A stretch of 24,402 nucleotides of DNA. Origin: an uncultured archaeon. GTDB lineage: Archaea > Asgardarchaeota > Lokiarchaeia > Sigyniarchaeales > SOKP01. The notes under the pieces are model-generated. The model worked only from the letters and a program-made list of their open reading frames with translations, made no database searches and was not told the DNA's origin. Where the stretch lies: assembly GCA_964583985.1 (NCBI GenBank), contig CAZOYD010000051.1, positions 1 through 24,402 on the forward strand, given 5' to 3'. Positions 17,644 through 24,402 of the stretch are shown piece after piece (position 1 is the first letter of the stretch; every line of letters starts with the position of its first letter). Position numbers and translations under genes: made by a program.

Positions 17644-18609
17644 TTATTTTTTCTTAAAATTAATACCTAGATTTAGATTTTCGATGAGTTCTGAGAACCT
17701 ATTACGTACTGTAACTTCTGTAACTTGAGATACTATTGCAATTCGTCGTTGAGTTCTTCTTTCATTAGTTAATATACTTGCTGCATATATCGCAGCAGCA
17801 CAGAGACCTGTAGGGCCTCGACCAGAGGTTAGACCTCTGACTTCTGCCATTCCAATTACTTTTTTCGCCATCTGTTGACATTCATTTGATAATTCCAATT
17901 CTGAAATAAACCTAGTGAGAAAGTCTGCTGCTTTTGTAGGATTCAAGTTCAAAATTAGTTCCCTTGAAATGAAGCGATACGATCTTCCAATTTCTTTTTT
18001 ATCTACTCGTGCTACCTCAGCAATTTCGTTTAATGTTCTTGGTACTTTATACATTCTACATGCCGCATATAAACTTGCTGCTGCTACTCCTTCAATGCTT
18101 CTTCCTCGGATAAGATGTTTTTCAACTGCATCTCTATAAATTTTTGCTGAACATTCCCTAAGATTTTTCTGAAGTTCTAAATTAGATGCCATTCTATCTA
18201 ATTCACTTAAGGCAAACGTTAAATTACGTTCGGTTGCATCTGAGACCCTAATTCTGCTTTGCCATTTTCTTAATCGATGAATTTGCCCTCTTAATTTTGC
18301 AGGAATTTCTTTACCAAAGATGTCTCGATTCTTCCAATCAATCATGGTACTCAGCCCTTTATCATGTATCATATATGTCATTGGAGCGCCAGTGCGTGTT
18401 CTCTTTTTCTTCTGATCCGCATCAAAAGCTCTCCATTCTGGACCATGATCAATATGATTTTCGGAATGGACTAAACCACATTCTTCACAAACCATCAATC
18501 CTCTATTTTCATCAAATAATACGTTTTTTCCACACTCCAAGCAATATCCATCTTTAACTTTAAGGTTTTCTGTTGTAGCAAAATGTTCTATATTCCAACT
18601 TGAAATAAT
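17644..18609 (-). CDS. tfb: Transcription initiation factor IIB (TFB), probable ATT start at 18609 or 18606
   Basis: Zn ribbon CLEC...CEECG, B-reader GPEWRAF, HDKGLST, two cyclin repeats ([21 protein letters not shown]). The first Cys lies upstream of the TTG at 18540, so the start must be earlier. Confidence 0.95.
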   Translation of the reverse strand: MISSWNIEHFATTENLKVKDGYCLECGKNVLFDENRGLMVCEECGLVHSENHIDHGPEWRAFDADQKKKRTRTGAPMTYMIHDKGLSTMIDWKNRDIFGKEIPAKLRGQIHRLRKWQSRIRVSDATERNLTFALSELDRMASNLELQKNLRECSAKIYRDAVEKHLIRGRSIEGVAAASLYAACRMYKVPRTLNEIAEVARVDKKEIGRSYRFISRELILNLNPTKAADFLTRFISELELSNECQQMAKKVIGMAEVRGLTSGRGPTGLCAAAIYAASILTNERRTQRRIAIVSQVTEVTVRNRFSELIENLNLGINFKKK

Positions 18610-18650
18610 CTAACACCTATTTAACTTAATTTTTATTTATACTTCAAAGA

Positions 18651-18899
18651 TTAGCCCATTTTTACGTAGAATTTATTTTCAGGATTGAAATCATAAATGG
18701 AAGTTGTTTTAATTGAAATGAAGGGTAGATTAATCGGTCCAAAAATTTCTTTAATTGAACCAATCTCTTCATAAGATTCAGAATATATTGATTTATACAG
18801 TATTTTTTCTAACGATTTATCCCATCTCTTTGCTCTAAAAATATGATGTTTTTTAGATTCTCCGAGATAGAATAGATTTAATCGAATCCAATTTTTCAA
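18651..18899 (-). CDS. gar1: Gar1/Naf1 family H/ACA RNP protein
   Basis: EIGSIKEIFGPINLPFISIK signature. Directly upstream of tfb, a linkage common in archaea. Confidence 0.82.
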   Translation of the reverse strand: MKNWIRLNLFYLGESKKHHIFRAKRWDKSLEKILYKSIYSESYEEIGSIKEIFGPINLPFISIKTTSIYDFNPENKFYVKMG

Positions 18900-19060
18900 G
18901 GCTTACCCTTATGTATTGTTAAAATATAAAGTTTAAAATTGATAGCTAATATTTAAATATAATGTTTTAACGCACTCTTGGACAAAAAAGTACGCGCTCA
19001 TAAACTCGTTCCAGAACCGTTCTAACTAAATTGAAATTACGAAGATTAAATATTATTGTT

Positions 19061-20131
19061 CTAATTAAACATCTTCTGCATGTGGTATTTCAATTTACAA
19101 AAACATTGTTCCCCCTCTTCTAGTTTCTTTAAAAAAGTGACATTTTGAGAAAGAACAAAATTTTTAAGAACATCTTTCATTAGAATATTGCACTCCTTTT
19201 TAGTACAACTATGAATACCTCTCCTTGAACCCGCACCAGATGGATCGCATACTATTCTTGTAGTAAGAAGGCTTTCTTGGGTTTTTAATCCTTTTTTCAA
19301 ACTTTTTATGAGAGAATAATAAGATGGAACATGATAACGATTCTGTTGATACATATATTCAACTAATGTTCCTCGTTGTACATTAACCGGATTAATGGAA
19401 ATTGTATTAATTTGCATGGTAATTAACGTTTTAATAGAACTCACACAATCATCGATCGCTGATTCTTCGCTAAGGAAAGGAGGTTTGAATAATAAGTAAG
19501 CTCTAATACCAATCTCAGAATTTTTGCATAACTCAACAGCATCCAAGAATTCATTGAAAGTCATGCCCTTGTTAATATAATTTAATCTAATATAATCATT
19601 TACCGTTTCAAGCCCTATACCAATTTCAATATACTTGTTTTTTAATTCAGATCTCATTTGAGTTAGTTTTTCTTTATTTAAATGCTCAGTACGAGATTCC
19701 ACCACAACCTCAGTTATGTTTGGAACTTCTAAAATTTTTCCATAAATAAATTTTCTTAAATCCTCGGAAATTTCATCATCATCGAAGAAGCTACCCGAAT
19801 TAAAAATTTTTATGATATAGTTTTCCTTATCGTCTTGAATTTCTTTTATTTTCTCATTCCAAGCATGCATAAATTGATTTTTTATATTATTTGAATCAAT
19901 ACTATCAACACATGAATCTTGTATGTACCCACACATGGTACATCCACCTTGGTCCCCTAAAGCCCAACTACATCCTTTTGTTCTTAAGATTATGGTAAAT
20001 TCCTTACCAATTTTATCGAGTAAGCGATCTTCCTTTATCCAATAAGCTACTGGTATGTTTAATTTCTCCGAAGGCAATCCTCTTAATTTATGAATGGTCC
20101 GTTCTCGAAGATTTTTCACTTTTTCGATCAT
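19061..20131 (-). CDS. raSEA: Archaeosine biosynthesis radical SAM protein RaSEA
   Basis: ILRTKGCSWA...GGCTMCGY (CX9CX2C), KIFNSGSFFD, VESR, GLET, YLLFKPPFLSE, NVQRGTL, GSRRGIHSC. Confidence 0.9.
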   Translation of the reverse strand: MIEKVKNLRERTIHKLRGLPSEKLNIPVAYWIKEDRLLDKIGKEFTIILRTKGCSWALGDQGGCTMCGYIQDSCVDSIDSNNIKNQFMHAWNEKIKEIQDDKENYIIKIFNSGSFFDDDEISEDLRKFIYGKILEVPNITEVVVESRTEHLNKEKLTQMRSELKNKYIEIGIGLETVNDYIRLNYINKGMTFNEFLDAVELCKNSEIGIRAYLLFKPPFLSEESAIDDCVSSIKTLITMQINTISINPVNVQRGTLVEYMYQQNRYHVPSYYSLIKSLKKGLKTQESLLTTRIVCDPSGAGSRRGIHSCTKKECNILMKDVLKNFVLSQNVTFLKKLEEGEQCFCKLKYHMQKMFN

Positions 20132-22236
20132 TAGGGTTCACTTTTCACTTTTTCATATATTTTCGCTATTGGACCCGTGTGAGAATTTTTAATATAGGGT
20201 GATCCAACCAGCATCCTTGCAACTCCAATTATTTCCTCTTTTCCTTGATTCCAAATAAAGGCAAGATTATTTGGTTTGAGGTCATTACTAAAATCTATAA
20301 CTCCTGGTCTAAATAAGGTATTTCCGTTAATGATGTCTCCATTAAAGACTAAATAATGAATGTCTTTGATCCTATCTTTAATAATATTTGATCCATATAA
20401 AGAAAGTTCTACTTGTCCAGATTTTTTAATAAACACGCCTAATTTTTTTTTAGATTTCACATCCCTAATATTAAAACGGGTTTTATCTTTATTTGGATAT
20501 ATTTTTACTTCTTCTGAGAATAAAAAACCACCAATTCCTTTTCCAAATTGATAATCGAGGGTTTTTATGAAAACGCGAATCCAAGATTCCTGATATTGTT
20601 TATTAATCGAATCAGAAATATTATAGATGTCTTTACATTTGACTAATAAATTTTCTAAAGATTTTAGAGAACTTTTAGAAGTTAATCCATTGGTAACTTC
20701 AGAAAAATAGACTTTATGAGGCAAATTACTCATTACCTTATTTATTATTTCATGATATGCTTCTCCAGAAAGATGACAAATAATTGGGATTTCGGGATCA
20801 TACATCATGATGATTTTTGCTAACATTTCTTGAGCAATCAGTATTTCTTCAGAATCCCATTCGCCTGTTACTGAAATATCGTATTTATTTACGGGATGAA
20901 GATTTTCTAATTGGCGTGGAATTACTCCAAGAGGCGATGTTATTATAAATTCTTGAAAATTTGGGAATTCTTTGAATTTATGCATTATTTCATGGAATTT
21001 CTTGTGAGATTTTGATTCAGAATAAGGTTTTTTAGATGAACAAGGTAATAGTACGATTAATTTAGTCCATGGTTCGGGTTCAAAAGAATCAACTACCTTT
21101 TCTCGATATTCGTGGAAATCAGGACGAAAGTAAGAGGAAGGGCCAATGCTTTCAATAGTCTTAGTATCTTGCGTACTTGGAGTTTCCTGTTTAATTTCCT
21201 CATAATATTGATGATCCAAGACTTTTAACATTGACAATAAGACCATGTCATTCATCGATGATTTCTCAACAAAATTTCGATAATCTTCTGTTTTCATAAA
21301 TTGTTTAATCTTATGCATTTGATTTTTAGCGGTGATTAGATTATGAAGGGCTAATTGCTCAATTTTTTCTTTTGAAAACTGTTCTGATGCTAATTTTCTT
21401 AATTTTCCTTTACATGCGCAACAGGAACATGGGAAATATTGCACTTTATATATCGGTAATAAATGTTCTATTGTATCATAAAAGTTCTCAGAAGAAAGAT
21501 ATAGTATGTATGAACTATCTATGAGATCAAATCCTAAATATACCCATAGTGGGTAAGAATTTGGTAATATTTTACCAGATACCATAAATATTAGATTTTT
21601 ATCGACCTCTTTTCTAGTTTCAAAAATCACTTGCAAGATTTTACGAAAATTCCTTTTCTCTTCAAATAAATCATTAAAATTTAGGATTTTGACGTTACGA
21701 TTATTTTGGATTACGGGGAAATATAGATTAATTAATTCTGCATGACCAAAAAGTTTAATTGTCATACCAAAATTCAGTTTAGGATTTGAATTGAGTAATT
21801 CTTGAGACATTTTGATGTGATGTTCAATTTCTTGTTTGGCAAATTCTATATTCATAACTGTCGTGGGGTTGTTAAAGGGGATTATTGAAATAATATTATC
21901 TTGAAGGAATAGACCCTTATATTCCTCTAAAATTTCTTGATATTTTTCAAACGTGCCATAATGAGTGTAGATAAATCCATTCTGCTTGAATTTTGCTCGT
22001 AAAAATGATATTTTGAGGAAAATTTCGTTTGAAATCAAGAATATGGGATGTTTTTCAAATTCTTCAAGAAAATCTACCATGTTTACCAGCGATCTTCTAA
22101 TTGGAATAATGATGTTTGGAGAACTCACGTATCTTCTTTCTTCTTTTGATAGAATGATGCGTCCAATTCTTGAAAAGCCTATCTTTTCACTCACTAATTC
22201 AAAAATAATCCTCATCGTTTCAATATAGTATGCCAA
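20131..22236 (-). CDS. arcS: Archaeosine synthase subunit ArcS (TGT-like barrel, ArcS catalytic region, PUA domain)
   Basis: SRIGRI start, GFDLID, Zn site CSCCAC...HN, LPCSSKKPYSESKSH, TSPLGVIPRQLE..HP..KYD, PUA FRPGVID. The start may be the ATG at 22215. Confidence 0.88.
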   Translation of the reverse strand: MAYYIETMRIIFELVSEKIGFSRIGRIILSKEERRYVSSPNIIIPIRRSLVNMVDFLEEFEKHPIFLISNEIFLKISFLRAKFKQNGFIYTHYGTFEKYQEILEEYKGLFLQDNIISIIPFNNPTTVMNIEFAKQEIEHHIKMSQELLNSNPKLNFGMTIKLFGHAELINLYFPVIQNNRNVKILNFNDLFEEKRNFRKILQVIFETRKEVDKNLIFMVSGKILPNSYPLWVYLGFDLIDSSYILYLSSENFYDTIEHLLPIYKVQYFPCSCCACKGKLRKLASEQFSKEKIEQLALHNLITAKNQMHKIKQFMKTEDYRNFVEKSSMNDMVLLSMLKVLDHQYYEEIKQETPSTQDTKTIESIGPSSYFRPDFHEYREKVVDSFEPEPWTKLIVLLPCSSKKPYSESKSHKKFHEIMHKFKEFPNFQEFIITSPLGVIPRQLENLHPVNKYDISVTGEWDSEEILIAQEMLAKIIMMYDPEIPIICHLSGEAYHEIINKVMSNLPHKVYFSEVTNGLTSKSSLKSLENLLVKCKDIYNISDSINKQYQESWIRVFIKTLDYQFGKGIGGFLFSEEVKIYPNKDKTRFNIRDVKSKKKLGVFIKKSGQVELSLYGSNIIKDRIKDIHYLVFNGDIINGNTLFRPGVIDFSNDLKPNNLAFIWNQGKEEIIGVARMLVGSPYIKNSHTGPIAKIYEKVKSEP

Positions 22237-22270
22237 TGCAATTAAAGTTGAATTATTTTAAAATGTATAA

Positions 22271-23227
22271 TTAGAAAAGTGTAAAATTCGTATTTGTTAT
22301 CAACTCATCAAGAATAAAATTTGTATAAGTATCTTCAATCTTTTCATTATATAATTCCTTGATAAATAACGCGAAGTCTTCAATCTTTTGTACACGAACA
22401 ACAGCAAATAATCCATATTGCTCACCGATTCTGAATAAATCAGTAATTTCTTTAATTTTCTCTAAGTTTAAAGCAAGATTATCGTACTCAGAAGGATTAT
22501 TTGGCTTGATCCGAACGATAAATTTCCCATTGTATCCAATAGCTCTAGGATTAAAGTTGATTGCATAATTCAAAATAATTCCTGAATTCTCTAGGAGTTT
22601 AATTCTATTATAAATCGTGGGTTGAGAGATTTCTAATTTGGGATCTTGATTAATAATTTTCTTTACTTCATACGTAGAAATTGGTTTTAAACCTTGATTT
22701 TCCTGTAAAATATCAAGAATTTTATAATCTAAATCATCAAGTTCATAATCTGGATTAAATTTGATTTCATTCAATTGGATTCCATTCATTTTATAAATAC
22801 GGATTACTTCATTCATTTGATATTTTTTAAAATAGGAAGCTGTCATTATCTTATCTATAACGTGTAATATTTCATGATATTGATCTGCTGATCTGAATTG
22901 TAATAAACCGATCAAGGAAAATTCTCCAAAAATACCATCTAAACTCTTCAATTGCGGAATTTTAATCAAATCTTGCAATAAATGTGGTTCTTTTGGATTT
23001 GTTTTAATCTCTAATATTACAATTTTCATTCTATTTCGACCTATACTTGGATTTATATTGATAGTAAAGTTCTTAATTATTTGATCTGATATTAAATTTG
23101 AGAATTTAGTCCGAAATGATTGCCGAGTTATTCCTAAACTATCGGAAATTTTTGATATTCTTAGTTTTGAAGGAGAATTTAAACTTTTAATGAGGAGTTG
23201 AAGCTCTTGTTCATTTTTTAATTCCAT
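22271..23227 (-). CDS. Lrp/AsnC family regulator with two tandem units
   Basis: Two HTH+RAM units (ISDSLGITRQS...IIKNFTININP and LDDLDYKILDIL...SQPTIYNRIKLLENSGII). Confidence 0.88.
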   Translation of the reverse strand: MELKNEQELQLLIKSLNSPSKLRISKISDSLGITRQSFRTKFSNLISDQIIKNFTININPSIGRNRMKIVILEIKTNPKEPHLLQDLIKIPQLKSLDGIFGEFSLIGLLQFRSADQYHEILHVIDKIMTASYFKKYQMNEVIRIYKMNGIQLNEIKFNPDYELDDLDYKILDILQENQGLKPISTYEVKKIINQDPKLEISQPTIYNRIKLLENSGIILNYAINFNPRAIGYNGKFIVRIKPNNPSEYDNLALNLEKIKEITDLFRIGEQYGLFAVVRVQKIEDFALFIKELYNEKIEDTYTNFILDELITNTNFTLF

Positions 23228-23249
23228 TTTTTATGTACTCATCTGATTT

Positions 23250-23348
23250 TATGATCTGATATGAATTATATGTAATATTAATTTAAAAATAAAACTATCA
23301 TATAATTAAAAAAAGCTTTATTAATCAATTAAAATTCATAAGATCATA
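23250..23348. promoter_or_regulatory. Divergent lrp/ahcY promoter region with an inverted motif pair
   Basis: TATGATCT-ga-TATGAATT (23250-67) is mirrored by AATTCATA-AGATCATA (23333-48). BRE/TATA-like AAAAGC-TTTATTA lies at about 23311-23323. Confidence 0.45.
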
Positions 23349-23368
23349 TCTAACAAAAGTGTTAAAAT

Positions 23369-24402
23369 ATGGTAAATTATAAAGTTGCTAATGAAAGTTT
23401 AGCGGAACAAGGTAAAGAAGCATTATATATAGCTGAAAACAAAATGCCCGTCATCTCTAAAGTTATTCGAGAACGATTTGAAAGGGAAAAACCGTTAAAA
23501 GGTATAACCATTGCTGGATGCCTCCACGTAACAAAAGAAACGGGGAATTTAGCCCGAACTTTAAAAGCTGGGGGTGCAGAAGTATATTTATGCGGTAGTA
23601 ATCCTTTATCAACTCAAGATGATGTATCAGCAGCATTAGTTAAAGAGGGTATTAATGTTTTTGCCTGGCATGGGAATACTGATGAAGAATTTTATTGGTG
23701 TATAAGAGAATGCTTAAAAGCTAAGCCTAACATTCTTATAGACGATGGCGCTGATATGATTGTTACTGCCCATAAAGAATTTCCTGAATTGATTCAAAAT
23801 GGTACGATTATCGCATGTCAAGAAGAAACGACAACAGGTGTGAAGAGATTTAAGGCAATGGATAAGCAAGGGGCTTTGAAAGTTCCATTATTTCCTGTTA
23901 ATGATGCTCGTTGTAAAAATCAGTTTGATAATGAATTAGGTACAGGACAAGGAATTGTTGCTGCAATATATGGAATGCACGTCTTATTTGCTGGGAAAAA
24001 CGTGATTATAGCAGGATTCGGCCATTGTTCCTCTGGAATGGCTTTAAGAGCGAGAGGATTAGGTGCTAACGTTACTGTAACGGAAGTAGATCCGATTAAA
24101 GCGCTTCAAGCTAAATTTACCGGATACAACGTAATGCCTATAAAAGAAGCTCTTCCTTATGCTGACATCATTTTAACTGCTACTGGATGCAAGCATGTTA
24201 TTCATCCTACCAAAGAAATGTTTGGGTTATTAAAGGATGGGGTTATATTAGGAAATTTAGGTCATTTCGATATCGAGATCCCAACCAAGGAACTTTACGA
24301 ATATGCTAAGGAAATAAACCCAGTCCGTAAAGATGTCGAGGAACTAGTCTTTCCCGATGGTAAAAAGGTTTATCTTCTAGCTAAAGGGCGTTTGGCTAAT
24401 TT
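23369..24402 (+). CDS. ahcY: Adenosylhomocysteinase (S-adenosyl/inosyl-homocysteine hydrolase), truncated by the window end
   Basis: Not in the ORF track. Manual translation: MVNYKVANESLAEQG...GCLHVTKET, GSNPLSTQDDV, DDGAD, QEETTTG, VNDARCKNQFDN, VTEVDPIKAL, GHFDIEI. Confidence 0.95.
   Translation, partial: MVNYKVANESLAEQGKEALYIAENKMPVISKVIRERFEREKPLKGITIAGCLHVTKETGNLARTLKAGGAEVYLCGSNPLSTQDDVSAALVKEGINVFAWHGNTDEEFYWCIRECLKAKPNILIDDGADMIVTAHKEFPELIQNGTIIACQEETTTGVKRFKAMDKQGALKVPLFPVNDARCKNQFDNELGTGQGIVAAIYGMHVLFAGKNVIIAGFGHCSSGMALRARGLGANVTVTEVDPIKALQAKFTGYNVMPIKEALPYADIILTATGCKHVIHPTKEMFGLLKDGVILGNLGHFDIEIPTKELYEYAKEINPVRKDVEELVFPDGKKVYLLAKGRLAN

Noticed and set aside
18965-19005. SECIS element in the raSEA 3' UTR
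   Set aside because: It has AUGA but no 3' GA partner or apical AA, and the upstream genes have no in-frame TGA.
157-22568. Short overlapping ORFs in the track (157, 1063, 2351, 2663, 3426, 7486, 11887, 12666, 13011, 13486, 14673, 16718, 17265, 17915, 18297, 20360, 21986, 22359)
   Set aside because: Antisense or off-frame shadows of well-supported genes, with no motifs.

Overview
Low-GC archaeal chromosomal segment. The gene content points to Asgard archaea, most likely Lokiarchaeia (inference from eS26, two roadblock-type proteins, TFB-Gar1 linkage and lineage-type hypothetical proteins). It is mostly housekeeping: ADP-forming acyl-CoA synthetase alpha subunit, AIR-synthase-family protein, MobB, a PIN-TPR protein, eS26, a CDP-alcohol phosphatidyltransferase, TrmY, two tandem-domain Lrp/AsnC regulators, an ABC-2 exporter, a divergently split Ni/Co ECF transporter, TFB, Gar1, ArcS-RaSEA and a 3'-truncated ahcY. 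I saw no mobile elements, CRISPR arrays, tRNAs or rRNAs. Two signals stand out. (1) A ~325-nt element at 16218-16542, between two convergent genes, folds by hand into a multi-branched structure with paired ends. Its G-U pairs favour a + strand RNA and it matches no RNA family I can recognise. (2) Conserved core genes appear to need non-canonical start codons: eS26 at CTG, TFB at ATT, and probably the ECF ATPase at CTG. All structures and alignments were done by eye.
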